Source of the DNA: an uncultured delta proteobacterium
GTDB taxonomy: Bacteria > Desulfobacterota > Zymogenia > Zymogenales > Zymogenaceae
Direction of reading: 5' to 3'
Length of the DNA: 64,000 nt
Assembly: GCA_963735595.1 (NCBI GenBank)
Contig: CAVTLK010000005.1
Span: 103,760 to 167,759 of the forward strand
Shown: piece by piece, positions 39,501-49,773 of the stretch
Position numbering within the stretch: the stretch's first letter is position 1
Layout of the letters: the number at the start of each line of letters is the position of its first letter
Program-made: the position numbers and the translations under genes
The notes under the pieces: model-generated
What the model was told of the DNA's origin: nothing
The model's input: only the letters and a program-made list of their open reading frames with translations
Databases searched by the model: none

Positions 39501-42131
39501 ATGAAAGGGAGCGAAATTCGCGAAAAGTTCCTCAGCTACTTCGAATCGAAGGGCCACCGCCGGGTGCGCTCGTCTTCCCTCGTGCCCCAGTCGGACCCCA
39601 CGCTGCTGTTTACCAACGCCGGCATGGTCCAGTTCAAGAACGTCTTTACCGGCGACGAAAAACGCGAATACAAGCGCGCCGCCACGTCCCAGAAATGCCT
39701 CCGGGTCAGCGGCAAGCACAACGACCTGGAAAACGTCGGGGTTACGGCGCGCCACCATACCTTCTTCGAGATGCTCGGCAATTTCTCGTTCGGGGACTAT
39801 TTCAAGAAGGACGCGATCATCTTCGGGTGGGAATTCCTCACCAAAGACATGGGACTGCCCAAAGATAAGCTCTGGGCGACGATCTATACCGATGACGATG
39901 AGGCGCACGGCCTCTGGAAGGACGTGATCCATGTGCCGGCAGACCGGATCGTCCGCCTGGGCGAGAAGGACAACTTCTGGGCGATGGGCGAGACCGGGCC
40001 CTGCGGGCCCTGCTCGGAGATCATCATCGACCAGGGCAAAGACATGGCCTGCGGGCCGAACTGCGGAATCGGGACGTGCGATTGCGACCGGTTCCTGGAG
40101 CTCTGGAACCTCGTTTTCATGCAGTTCGTCCGGGACGCATCGGGGCAGATGTCGCCTCTCCCCCGCCCCTCCATCGATACGGGGATGGGTCTGGAGAGGA
40201 TCGCGGCCGTCGTCCAGGGGAAACGCAGCAACTACGATTCCGACCTGTTTCGCCCCATCATCGAGGCAATCGGGCAGATCGCGTCAAACGGGTACGGCAC
40301 CGACCATAAGAAGGATACCTCCATGCGGGCGGTGGCCGACCATGCCCGATCGGCGGCGTTCCTGATTGCCGACGGGGTAATGCCGGCAAACGACGGCAGG
40401 GGCTACGTCCTGCGCCGGATCATGCGCCGGGCGCTGAGGCACGGTAAGCTTCCTGGGCGTGACGGACCCGTTCCTGTTTAAGGTCGCAGACGTCGTCGTG
40501 GACGAGATGGCTCCCGTCTACCCGGAGCTCTCGGAGCACCGGATGTTTATCGCCTCGGTGGTCAAGGCCGAGGAAGAAAAATTCATCGAGACCCTCGACA
40601 AGGGGCTGGTGCTCCTTTCCGAGGAGGTTGCATCAACAAAGAAGCGGGCGGCGGCGTCCTCTCCGGCGAGGTGGCCTTCAAGCTCTATGATACCTTCGGG
40701 TTCCCGCTTGATTTGACGCAGGACATCATCAAGGACGAGGGAATCGGGGTGGATATCGCAGGCTTCGAGGCGGCGATGGGCGTGCAGCGGGAAAAAAGCA
40801 AGGCCGCGTGGAAGGGATCGGGCGATGAACAGGTGGCCGGGGTCTACCTGAAGCTGGCCGCCGACGGGATATCGTCCGAATTTATCGGCTACGAGTCGAC
40901 GAGCGCACAGTCGAAGGTTACGGCCGTCGTCTCGGCGGCGCGGCGGTGAAAGCCGGTTCGCCCGGCGATGAGGTCGAGATCGTGACCGAGAAGACCCCGT
41001 TTTACGGAGAGATGGGGGGCCAGGTGGGAGACACCGGCACGATAACGGCCGACGGCCTGCTCGTCGAGGTTACCGACTCCGCACGGCCGTCCGACCACAT
41101 CATCGCCCACCGGGGGGTGATAAAAAAGGGCAAGATCGCCGTCGGTGATTCCGTGACACTTACCGTCAACGACGGGCCGCGCCGGATGACCGAGGCAAAC
41201 CACAGCGCCACCCACCTGCTTCACGCGGCGCTCAAGGCGGTCCTGGGCGAGCACGTCAAGCAGGCCGGGTCTCTCGTCAGCCCGGAGCGGCTGCGGTTTG
41301 ACTACAGCCATTTCGGGCAGGTCAAGAAGGGCGAGCTGGAGCGGGTCGAGGATATCGTCAACGAGCGTATCCGGGAGGACCACGAGGTCGTGGCGCGGGA
41401 ACTGGCCGTACGACGCGGCCATCGCCGAGGGCGCCACGGCGCTCTTCGGCGAAAAATACGGCGACGTGGTCAGGATGGTCAAGGTACCGGGCGTTTCGAT
41501 GGAGCTCTGCGGAGGGACGCATACCGACAGGACCGGCAAGATCGGCGTCTTCAAAATCGTCCACGAGGGCTCGATCGCCTCGGGCGTCCGCCGTATCGAG
41601 GCGGTGACCGGGGTCGGCGCGCTGGCGCATCTCAGGCGCGAGGAACAGATCCTTTCCGACATCGCGGAGGTGCTCAAGAGCACGCCGGAGGAGGCGCCGG
41701 CCAGGGTCGAGAAGCTCGCCGCTCAGGTCAAGGCGCTGACCAGGGAGATCGAGCGGATCAAGAGCGGGGGGGGGGTCGTCTCGGTGGAGAGCGTCGTCAA
41801 GGGCGCAAAAGAGAAGGCGGGGATTTTTGTCGTCTCCGAGGTCATCCCGGACATGGACCCCAAGTCGCTGAGGGACTTTTCGGACAAGGTCAGGGACCGG
41901 ATGAACAAGGCCGTCATCGCCCTGGGGTCGGTCTCCGAAGACAAGGCGGTGCTCCTGGTGACCGTCACCAAAGATATCGCCGATAAATACCACGCCGGCA
42001 ACATCATCCGGGGTATGGCCGAGGTCGTGGGCGGCAAGGGCGGCGGCAGGCCCGACTTTGCCCAGGCGGGGGGGCCGGACGCGGGGAAGATCGACGCGGC
42101 GGTCCAGAAGGTATTTGAGTACGTGAAGTAG
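39501..42131 (+). CDS. alaS: alanine--tRNA ligase, interrupted by four 1-nt homopolymer indels (reads through as one ~875-aa protein once corrected)
   Basis: N-terminus [19 protein letters not shown]...FTNAGM, editing domain ([11 protein letters not shown]), and C-terminal DHHA1 ([15 protein letters not shown]). Frame breaks fall at about 40455 (cttcctggg), 40645 (gaagcgggcgg), 40949 and 41400 (ctggccg). Confidence 0.9.
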
Positions 42132-42172
42132 GACGGGTGCCTCTTTAGCGGCACCTGCAGAAGGATACGGGC

Positions 42173-42634
42173 GTGAAAAAGGTCAATCTCGCGGAAAAAT
42201 TCGCCCTCTTTTCCGATCTCTGGAGCCCCAGGGTGGTCGGCGAGATCGGGGACTACCACCTGAAGCTTGCCAAGCTCAAGGGCGAGTTTCTGTGGCACAG
42301 GCACGATGCCGAGGACGAGATGTTCCTGGTCGTTACGGGGAGGCTCGTCATAAAACTCCGCGATTCCGATATCGAGCTCTTGCCCGGGGAGTTTTTGATT
42401 ATCCCGCGCGGCGTGGAGCATATGCCGGTCGCCGACGAAGAGGCGCACGTGGTACTGTTCGAGCCGAAGACGACGGTCAATACGGGCGACGTGGCAAGCG
42501 AGCGGACGAAGACAGAAGTGGAGTGGATTCTCGCCACAATCCTCCTGATATTCACTAACTCCTCAAAACCACGATATCTAACTCCTCAACACCTATCATC
42601 CCAAAAAGCCATAGATCAAAGCGGCAAAAGATAA
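42173..42634 (+). CDS. cupin-domain protein
   Basis: Small beta-barrel cupin motifs (HRHDAEDEMFLVVTG...PRGVEHMPVA), 153 aa. Confidence 0.65.
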   Translation: MKKVNLAEKFALFSDLWSPRVVGEIGDYHLKLAKLKGEFLWHRHDAEDEMFLVVTGRLVIKLRDSDIELLPGEFLIIPRGVEHMPVADEEAHVVLFEPKTTVNTGDVASERTKTEVEWILATILLIFTNSSKPRYLTPQHLSSQKAIDQSGKR

Positions 42635-42651
42635 TGAAACAAGTACTACCA

Positions 42652-43251
42652 TCACCCCCAAACACCCCTTCTTCGGCTCGATGACGGTTCGGCCCGATGA
42701 GCCGGGCGAAATGAGTATCGGCCCGTCGGTATCGGGCACCGACGGTTTGCCGATTCCATCTCGATATTCTTGTTCACGTTGAAGCTGAACGTCTTGGTCT
42801 TGACGACGACCGGGGCTTCGGGCGTATCGAGCGTCCCGTTCCCGGTCACGTCTCCCAGCCGCTCCACGACACTCTGAGCCCGGTGAATCTTGTCCCTGTC
42901 AATAGGGATCTCCTTTCCGCAGTTCTGGCAGAAGACCTTGTCCCCCTCACCAAGTTGTGCAAGGCTCCGTGAAACGGTCGAGAGCGTGTTACAGTGGGGA
43001 CATTGCAGGGCGACAGTGCTTCGGGTTACGGTCGTTATCCCCGTCGGCATGTCGGGCGCGCCGGGGACCCCGAGCCGCTGGAGGATCTCTTCTACGTTCT
43101 TGAAAGCCTCGCTGTCGACGGGGATATCGCTGCCGCACTTTTCGCAGGTCAGCCTACGCCCTTGGGCCAGGTCCTTGATGGCCAGATGGGGTTTGGTGGT
43201 GTGCCCGCAGGAGGGGCAGGTAAAGGATATCGTTTCCCTGGTGATATTCAT
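42652..43251 (-). CDS. tandem zinc-ribbon (double C4) protein
   Basis: Two repeats of CPxCGHT/CPHCNT...(x~27)...CEKCG/CQNCG..IP.D, each followed by a region ending in LQRLG or VERLG. No enzymatic motifs. Confidence 0.55.
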   Translation of the reverse strand: MNITRETISFTCPSCGHTTKPHLAIKDLAQGRRLTCEKCGSDIPVDSEAFKNVEEILQRLGVPGAPDMPTGITTVTRSTVALQCPHCNTLSTVSRSLAQLGEGDKVFCQNCGKEIPIDRDKIHRAQSVVERLGDVTGNGTLDTPEAPVVVKTKTFSFNVNKNIEMESANRRCPIPTGRYSFRPAHRAEPSSSRRRGVWG

Positions 43252-43289
43252 TTATTTTTCCTTCCTCGGTGTATAACCTAAACGGGGGC

Positions 43290-44192
43290 TCAAAACGTCA
43301 CGAACTCCCCGATTCGTTCAGCCTTCTTCTTTCCTATTCCCTTGACCTGTTCCAAGTCGGCGACAGTCTTGAACGGCCCTCTTTTTGTGCGGGTGTCAAT
43401 GATGCGGCCTGCCGTCACCTCCCCCACGCCGGGTATCCGCATGAGGTCGAAGGCCGCCGCCCGGTTGATGTCAACCGGCGGGTCGTCCTTCGTCAGCTTA
43501 TCGGAGGGGTGGGAAGGTTCCTCCTCGTCGGCCCGTTCCACGGTTCCCAGGCTCCCCCCAAGCTTCGGGCCGAAGGAGACGTAGCGGGCGATCGTTTTGG
43601 CCTTGTCTTTGCCCAGCCCCGGCACCTCATAGAGGTCGGTCTCGGCCAGAAAATCCCCGTGGGCCTTCCGGTAGGCGACGATCCGCGCGGCCGAGGCCTC
43701 CCCGATGCCGGGGATGAGCGTGATATCGGGTGCGGACGCCCTGTTGATGTCAAAGTCGAGGCCCAGGGCGTAGCGTTCCGTGGGCGGCAGCTCCTCGATG
43801 ATCACGCGGCGGCCGTGGCGGGTTTCAATGACGTTGATCCGGCTGCCGTCGGGCACCTTGCGCTTGAGGGTCTTGTTGTCTATGCCGGCCTTTCCGACCT
43901 CCCAGCGATCAAGCGCGGACCCGACGGCCGTGCCCTTCGGAAGGATTTCGATGGCGCCGCCGGGCGCGCGGCAGACGACCCGCGATTGGACCGGATCGGG
44001 AAAGAAGCGACCATCGACCCAGCGAACGATATATGAGGCCGTGCAGACAAGGAGGATGACGGCGGCGAGAAACACGATCCCCGGACGGTAGCGCCGGATA
44101 TCGGGGAGAGGGGGTGGAATTTCGACGGAGCGGTTGTCAGAAACCGTATCCGAACAGGAGGTTGTCTTATCGGGGCGAGCTATCTCTTCCAC
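43290..44192 (-). CDS. comEA: competence protein ComEA (DNA-binding, SLBB plus tandem helix-hairpin-helix)
   Basis: GTG start. N-terminal TM helix, an SLBB-like region, and two HhH motifs (IPGIGEASAARIVAYRKAHGDF; IPGVGEVTAGRIIDTRTKRGPF). Confidence 0.8.
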   Translation of the reverse strand: MEEIARPDKTTSCSDTVSDNRSVEIPPPLPDIRRYRPGIVFLAAVILLVCTASYIVRWVDGRFFPDPVQSRVVCRAPGGAIEILPKGTAVGSALDRWEVGKAGIDNKTLKRKVPDGSRINVIETRHGRRVIIEELPPTERYALGLDFDINRASAPDITLIPGIGEASAARIVAYRKAHGDFLAETDLYEVPGLGKDKAKTIARYVSFGPKLGGSLGTVERADEEEPSHPSDKLTKDDPPVDINRAAAFDLMRIPGVGEVTAGRIIDTRTKRGPFKTVADLEQVKGIGKKKAERIGEFVTF

Positions 44193-44235
44193 AGATCGAC
44201 CGATAATGATGATTCAATGGTAACGAAATATTATG

Positions 44236-44387
44236 TCATTGCGAGGAAGCGAAGCAGCTTGCTTCGCTTTGCTCGCAACAGGCTCCGCAATACCCTGATT
44301 CGCGCGAGGTAATTATCTTCTGTCCCGGGTTCCTCGATGTAGTCAGGGGATTGCCGCGCACCCTTCGGGTGCTCGCAATGACGGTTT
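44236..44387 (-). other. structured leader/inverted-repeat element between cimA and comEA (candidate cis-regulatory RNA)
   Basis: The 10-nt outer segments tcattgcgag (44236-44245) and ctcgcaatga (44372-44381) are reverse complements. An internal near-perfect palindrome lies at 44239-44278 (gcgaggaagcgaagcagc/ttgcttcgctttgctcgc). There is a 6-bp hairpin with a TTCG loop (gcacccttcgggtgc, 44357-44371). No T-run follows, so this is not a simple terminator. Confidence 0.35.
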
Positions 44388-44410
44388 AAGACGACGGCGA
44401 TAGAGTATTC

Positions 44411-46003
44411 TTAGCTCCCTTCCCTGGCCCGGCGCTTCTTCTCGTCCTTCAGGAGTTTATACTCGATGCTGTCCACCAGCGCGTTCCAGCTGGCCTGGAT
44501 GATGTTGGGGTGCACGCCGACGGTTTCCCACGTGTCTTCCTTGTCTCCCGATTCAATGAGGACGCGGACGGTTGCCGCGGTGCCGTCCTCGGTGGTGATC
44601 ACGCGCACCTTGTAGTCCAGGAGACGCATGTCGGCAAGCTCCGGGTAGAACTTTTCCAGCGCCTTGCGTATGGCGTTGTCCAGCGCGTTGACCGGCCCGT
44701 TGCCGGTGGCGGCGGTGTGCTCGACGCGGCCGTCCACGTCGATCATGACGGTGGCCTCGGACAGCGGCTCCTTGTCACCCGTGCGCCGTTCCACGATGAT
44801 CCGAAAACCCCGCAGACGGAACGAAGGCTTGTAGCGGCCAAGGCCGCGGTTGACCAGGAGCTCGAACGAGGCGTCGGCCCCCTCGAACTGGTAGCCCCTG
44901 CTTTCCATTTCCTTGATGCTCTTGACCAGCAGCTTGGTCTTCTCGTCCTCTGTCGAAAGGTTGATGCCCAGCTGCTTTGCCTTGAACCGGATGCTGGAGT
45001 GCCCCGACTGGTCGGAGATGAGGATCCGCTGTTCGTTTCCGACCAGCGCCGGGTCGATGTGTTCGTAGGTGAGGGGGTTCTTGGTGACGGCGCTGGCGTG
45101 GATGCCCCCCTTATGAGCAAACGCGCTCTCCCCGACGTACGGCCCGTGTTTATCCGGTACCCGGTTTGCCATATCGTCCACGAACCGGGAGACCTCCTTG
45201 AGCCGGGCCAGCTGCTTGTCGGAGATGCACTCGATGTCCATCTTTATCTTCAGGTTAGGGATAATCGTGCAGAGGTTGGCGTTGCCGCACCGCTCCCCGT
45301 AGCCGTTGAGCGTTCCCTGGACCTGATCGATCCCCATCTCAACCGCGAAGAGGGAATTTGCCACGGCAAGGCCGTTGTCGTTGTGGCAGTGGATGCCCAG
45401 CGGCAGGCTGACCGTTTCCCTGACGCGGCCGATGATCTCCCTGATCTGCCAGGGCATCATCCCGCCGTTCGTATCGCACAGCACGATGCAGTCGGCGCCC
45501 GCGACCGCTGCCGCCGAAAGCGTCGCCAGGGCGTAGTCGGTATCGGCGACGAAGCCGTCAAAGAAGTGCTCGGCGTCGTAGAAGAGCTCGCGCGTCCTGG
45601 GCCTCAGATAACGCAGCGTATCGGCGATCATGCCCAGGTTCTCCTCGGGGGAGCACCCAAGCGCCTCCCGCACGTGGATATCCCACGATTTCCCGAAGAT
45701 GGTGATCACCTCGGTCTCGACGGCCGCCAGCGTCTTGAGAAGCTCGTCGTTTTCGGCGGCGATTCCCTTTTTCCGGGTGCTGCCGAACGCGGCAACCTTG
45801 GCGATGGAAAAGCGCATCGTCTTTACCGCCTTGAAAAACGCGTCGTCCTTGGGATTGGTGCCCGGCCATCCGCCCTCGATGTAGTGAACGCCCAGGTCGT
45901 CCAGTCGCTTGGCGATCCTGAGCTTATCGTCGAGGATAAACGAGATATCCTCGGCCTGGGCCCCGTCTCTCAAGGTAGTGTCATAGATCTTGACAAACCG
46001 CAT
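44411..46003 (-). CDS. cimA: (R)-citramalate synthase / 2-isopropylmalate synthase family (CimA-type)
   Basis: N-terminus IYDTTLRDGAQAEDISF...YIEGGWPGTNPKD (CimA-type HMGL-like TIM barrel) plus a C-terminal LeuA-dimer regulatory domain, 530 aa. Confidence 0.75.
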   Translation of the reverse strand: MRFVKIYDTTLRDGAQAEDISFILDDKLRIAKRLDDLGVHYIEGGWPGTNPKDDAFFKAVKTMRFSIAKVAAFGSTRKKGIAAENDELLKTLAAVETEVITIFGKSWDIHVREALGCSPEENLGMIADTLRYLRPRTRELFYDAEHFFDGFVADTDYALATLSAAAVAGADCIVLCDTNGGMMPWQIREIIGRVRETVSLPLGIHCHNDNGLAVANSLFAVEMGIDQVQGTLNGYGERCGNANLCTIIPNLKIKMDIECISDKQLARLKEVSRFVDDMANRVPDKHGPYVGESAFAHKGGIHASAVTKNPLTYEHIDPALVGNEQRILISDQSGHSSIRFKAKQLGINLSTEDEKTKLLVKSIKEMESRGYQFEGADASFELLVNRGLGRYKPSFRLRGFRIIVERRTGDKEPLSEATVMIDVDGRVEHTAATGNGPVNALDNAIRKALEKFYPELADMRLLDYKVRVITTEDGTAATVRVLIESGDKEDTWETVGVHPNIIQASWNALVDSIEYKLLKDEKKRRAREGS

Positions 46004-46012
46004 CGGCTCTCC

Positions 46013-47257
46013 TTATAGCTCCTCCTGGGTAACCGGGGGAGAATCGCCGCCGAGGTCAAACTCCTCGTGCAGCACCCGGACGGCCAGCTCCGTGTATTTA
46101 CGCTCGATCGCGCAGGAGACCTTGATCTCCGACGTGCTGATCATCAGTATGTTGATCCCTTCCTTGGCAAGCGCCTGGAACATCTTCGAGGCAACTCCGG
46201 CGTGGCTGCGCATGCCGACCCCGACGATGGAGACCTTGGCGATGTTCTCGTCGGCGATGACCTCTGCGGCCGCAAGCTCTCCCCTGAGCCCTTCGAGGAT
46301 CTGGGTGGCCTTCTTGAGATCGGTCCGGGGAACGGTAAAGGTGATGTCGGCGCTGTTATCGGCCCCGACGTTCTGGATGATCATATCCACGATGATGCCC
46401 GCGCCCGCGATCGTCCCGAAGATCCGGGAGGCGATCCCCGGTTTGTCGGGTACCCCGCGTATAGTTACCTTTGCCTCGTTGACGTTATAGGCGATTCCCG
46501 ATACCACAACCTGTTCCATATCCTTATCCTCTCCGGTTACGATCGTCCCGGACCCGTCGGTGAAGCTCGACTTCACCACGAGGGGGACGTTGTATTTCTT
46601 TGCGAATTCCACCGAGCGCGTATGGAGAACCTTTGCCCCGAGGCTTGCCATTTCCAGCATTTCGTCGTACGAGATCTTTTCGAGCTTCCTCGCGTTTGGG
46701 CAGATGTTGGGATCGGTGGTATAGACCCCGTCGACATCCGTATATATCTCACAGAGGTCGGCCGAAAGGGCCGCGGCAAGCGCCACCGCCGTCGTGTCCG
46801 ATCCGCCGCGCCCCAGCGTGGTGATGTTTCCCTCACCGTCCACACCCTGGAAACCAGCCACCACTACGATCGTTCCCCGGTCGAGCTCGTCTTTGATCTG
46901 CTGTTTTTCGATTTCGGTGATCCGGGCCCTGGTAAAAGCGCTGTCGGTAATGATCTTTACCTGATAGCCGAGAAACGACCGGGCGGGGACCGACAGGTGG
47001 TTGAGCATCATCGCCAGGAGCGCAACCGTCACCTGCTCGCCGGTGGATACCAGTACGTCCATTTCCCGCTCGTGGGGGGCCGGGTTGATCTTTTTTGCCA
47101 GCTCGATGAGCCGGTCGGTCTCGCCGGACATCGCCGAGAGCACGACTACCAGGTCGTTGCCTGCCCGCCGTGAGGCGATAACACGGTTTGCGACGTTGGC
47201 GATGCGGTCGATATTGGCCACAGAGGTGCCGCCGTATTTTTGAACAATCAGTGCCAC
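46013..47257 (-). CDS. lysC: aspartate kinase
   Basis: GTG start at 47257 with a [18 protein letters not shown] amino-acid-kinase N-terminus and two C-terminal ACT domains. The ORF-track extension to 47362 has no support. Confidence 0.9.
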   Translation of the reverse strand: MALIVQKYGGTSVANIDRIANVANRVIASRRAGNDLVVVLSAMSGETDRLIELAKKINPAPHEREMDVLVSTGEQVTVALLAMMLNHLSVPARSFLGYQVKIITDSAFTRARITEIEKQQIKDELDRGTIVVVAGFQGVDGEGNITTLGRGGSDTTAVALAAALSADLCEIYTDVDGVYTTDPNICPNARKLEKISYDEMLEMASLGAKVLHTRSVEFAKKYNVPLVVKSSFTDGSGTIVTGEDKDMEQVVVSGIAYNVNEAKVTIRGVPDKPGIASRIFGTIAGAGIIVDMIIQNVGADNSADITFTVPRTDLKKATQILEGLRGELAAAEVIADENIAKVSIVGVGMRSHAGVASKMFQALAKEGINILMISTSEIKVSCAIERKYTELAVRVLHEEFDLGGDSPPVTQEEL

Positions 47258-47513
47258 AGGATTCTTATAACCTCCCTGATCGGCGTCTTGCGGTGTTACC
47301 GTGAGAGACGCCGCGTGATACCCGGACAATAGAGAGCCGATTGCCGGAAGTGTCGTATACATACATCGATACGGGGAAAACCGCCGGGACCCGGCGCGAG
47401 GGGCCGAGCCGGGCGGGGCCCTGCCCCGTGATCCGCCGGTTGCTTTCTCCCGTCCGTTAGGGAGGCTTATCGACGCCGCATTTTGTTTCAGAGTCCATTG
47501 TCTCTCGTCCGTC

Positions 47514-48062
47514 CTACCGCCCGCGCGCCCGAGAAGTCAGCGCCTCGTACACCACCGGGTAATCGCCGAAAACGGTGACATCGAATCTCCGTTTATCGGC
47601 GCCCGTGATTGTAATGTAGATTTCGATCCTTTCATCGGGAAGCCAACGGTCCGCCCGCTCGGCCCACTCGATTACCACGATGCCGTCGGTCTCGAGGTAT
47701 TCCTCCCACCCGAGGTCGGAAAGCTCATCAACCGATGAGATGCGGTAGAGGTCGATGTGGTAGAGAGGAAGCCTTCCCGGGTACTCATTGACGTAGGTGA
47801 AGGTGGGGCTCGTCACTACGTAAGTATCGGGCACCGAAAGCCCCGCCGCGATTCCCTGGGTCAGCTTCGTCTTGCCCGAGCCAAGGTCTCCGAAAAGGCA
47901 GACGACGATTCCCGGAGGCGCCGCCTTCCCGACAGCCTTCCCGACGGCGAAGGTCTCCTCTGGAGACCGGGTAACCAGCGAGCACCCGGTCCTCCTGCCG
48001 CCGTCCCCCTGCTGATCGCTGTGACCCTGTCCGACCGACGTCGACAACGGAAATCCCCCCAA
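47514..48062 (-). CDS. tsaE: tRNA threonylcarbamoyladenosine biosynthesis protein TsaE
   Basis: P-loop [15 protein letters not shown] and the TsaE/YjeE core. The true start may be internal, because the N-terminal roughly 30 aa are low-complexity. Confidence 0.75.
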   Translation of the reverse strand: MGGFPLSTSVGQGHSDQQGDGGRRTGCSLVTRSPEETFAVGKAVGKAAPPGIVVCLFGDLGSGKTKLTQGIAAGLSVPDTYVVTSPTFTYVNEYPGRLPLYHIDLYRISSVDELSDLGWEEYLETDGIVVIEWAERADRWLPDERIEIYITITGADKRRFDVTVFGDYPVVYEALTSRARGR

Positions 48063-48107
48063 AAGTTTATCGCCGCTTCTCCCCGGGGACCTTCCGGGGA
48101 TCTCCGA

Positions 48108-49706
48108 CTAAAAGTAATAGGGCAGCGCGCCCGCGAACTCCCGGCCGCCGCAACAAAGATCGGTAATCACCCCCGGTATTTCGGAGAGCACGTCCCCGGC
48201 GATCAGGGATATTTCGCCGACCCGCTCGATTGCGCGGTCCGCCGCGGCCGCGTGGATGAAGACGGCGGCGGCCGTCGATTGAGCCGGGTCCCCGGATGCG
48301 GCCAGGAACCCGCCGATGAGCCCCGTGAGGACGTCTCCCATGCCGCCGGAGGCCATGCCGGGGTTTCCGCCCGTGGCGATGAAGATATCGCCCGAGGGGG
48401 AGGCGACGATCGTCCGCGCGCCCTTGAGCACGAGCCACACCCCGAACTTTTCGGCAAAGGCGCGCGAGACGCCGATCCGGTCCTCTTCCACGTCGGCGGC
48501 CGCTTTGCCGATAAGGCGGCCCATCTCACCCGGGTGGGGCGTCAGGATGATGTCGCCCTTTTTTTTCTTGAGGATATCGGGCTCAAGCGAGATGACGTTG
48601 ATCCCGTCGGCGTCGATCACTTTGGGGAGATCGACCTCGGTTATCAGGCGCCTGGTCACTTCCCATGCCCCCGCGCCCGTCCCGAGGCCGGGCCCCAGCG
48701 CCACGGCGGTCTTGCCCTCGAGAATCTTGATAACCCGCCCGAAGGCGGTCTGGTCCAGCGCCCCGCCCGTGTCCGGCAGCGGCTCGGTCATCGCCTCGGT
48801 CAGCTTTGCGGCCAGCACCCCAACCTGCGATTCCGGGGTGCCCACCGTCACGAGGCCGGCCCCCGCGACCAGCGCGCCCATCCCGCAGAGGGCCGCGGCA
48901 CCGGCCTTTCCCATCGAGCCGGCCAGTATCAGGACATGCCCGAAGTCCCCCTTATGGGCGGTCGGCCGGCGCCTCGTCATCAGCGGATCGAACAGCTCCG
49001 GCGTCAGCACGTGATCGCGGATCGCCATTCGTCCGGCGAGCTTATCGGGGACGCCGATGTCAAGGAGGATGAGCCGTCCGCAGTGCTCTGCGCCCGGATG
49101 GATGAGGTTTCCCCGCTTCGGGAGGGCAAACGTGACCGTCACGTCGGCCATCACGGCCGAGCCCATCACCTTTCCGGTGTCAGACGAGATGCCGGAGGGG
49201 ATATCGATCGAGAGAATCGCGTACCCGTCGTTTATCAGTGTGATGATGCGGGAAAATATCCCGGAGACCTCCCGTTCGAGCCCGGTGCCCAGCAGGGCGT
49301 CGACCACGATCCCCCTGGCCGAGATCGAATCGGCCAGCGCCGCGATGTCCTCGTCTCCGGCAATCGGCACGACCGGAATCCCCATCTTTTTAATGGTCGA
49401 GAGGTTGCCGGCGGATTCTCCCTCGCGTACCGATTCGATGGTCCCGGCGATAAAGACGTCGACTTCAATGCCCTGGTTGGCGAGGTGACGGGCGATAACG
49501 AAACCGTCGCCGCCGTTGTTGCCGGTACCGGCCACGATCGTTACGCCGGTTTGTTGCGCCTCCGGGAAGTGCTCCAGGAGGATCTTTGCCGATCCCCTGC
49601 CGGCGTTTTCCATCAACACCGCGCCCGGTATCCCGTATTCCTCGATCGCCAGCCGGTCAAGCTCCCGGATGATGGGTGTGGTCGCCGCTTTCATACTACT
49701 ATCCAA
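48108..49706 (-). CDS. nnr: bifunctional NAD(P)H-hydrate repair enzyme Nnr (YjeF-N epimerase plus YjeF-C dehydratase)
   Basis: 532 aa. The N-terminal YjeF-N domain (LMENAGRGSA, GNNGGDGFV) and the C-terminal carbohydrate-kinase-like domain (GPGLGTGAGA...GGNPGMASGGMGDVLTG). Confidence 0.85.
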   Translation of the reverse strand: MDSSMKAATTPIIRELDRLAIEEYGIPGAVLMENAGRGSAKILLEHFPEAQQTGVTIVAGTGNNGGDGFVIARHLANQGIEVDVFIAGTIESVREGESAGNLSTIKKMGIPVVPIAGDEDIAALADSISARGIVVDALLGTGLEREVSGIFSRIITLINDGYAILSIDIPSGISSDTGKVMGSAVMADVTVTFALPKRGNLIHPGAEHCGRLILLDIGVPDKLAGRMAIRDHVLTPELFDPLMTRRRPTAHKGDFGHVLILAGSMGKAGAAALCGMGALVAGAGLVTVGTPESQVGVLAAKLTEAMTEPLPDTGGALDQTAFGRVIKILEGKTAVALGPGLGTGAGAWEVTRRLITEVDLPKVIDADGINVISLEPDILKKKKGDIILTPHPGEMGRLIGKAAADVEEDRIGVSRAFAEKFGVWLVLKGARTIVASPSGDIFIATGGNPGMASGGMGDVLTGLIGGFLAASGDPAQSTAAAVFIHAAAADRAIERVGEISLIAGDVLSEIPGVITDLCCGGREFAGALPYYF

Positions 49707-49773
49707 TAAGGGCGCTATGGAGTAGCGTCCGTTATAGTCAAATCCACCGCCGCGTCCGGTTTTCCCCGGGCGC

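Noticed and set aside
39501-42131. Programmed ribosomal frameshifting or genuine pseudogenization of alaS, nadA and cheA
   Set aside because: There are too many events and they hit essential single-copy genes. No slippery heptamer or pseudoknot context was seen, and surrounding genes are intact. Consensus indel error is the simplest explanation.
47258-47513. Lysine riboswitch (L-box) in the lysC leader
   Set aside because: The 256-nt leader has a GC hairpin (cgccggg/cccggcg) and an RBS-proximal hairpin, but I could not recognise conserved L-box elements by eye. It needs cmsearch and is not claimed.
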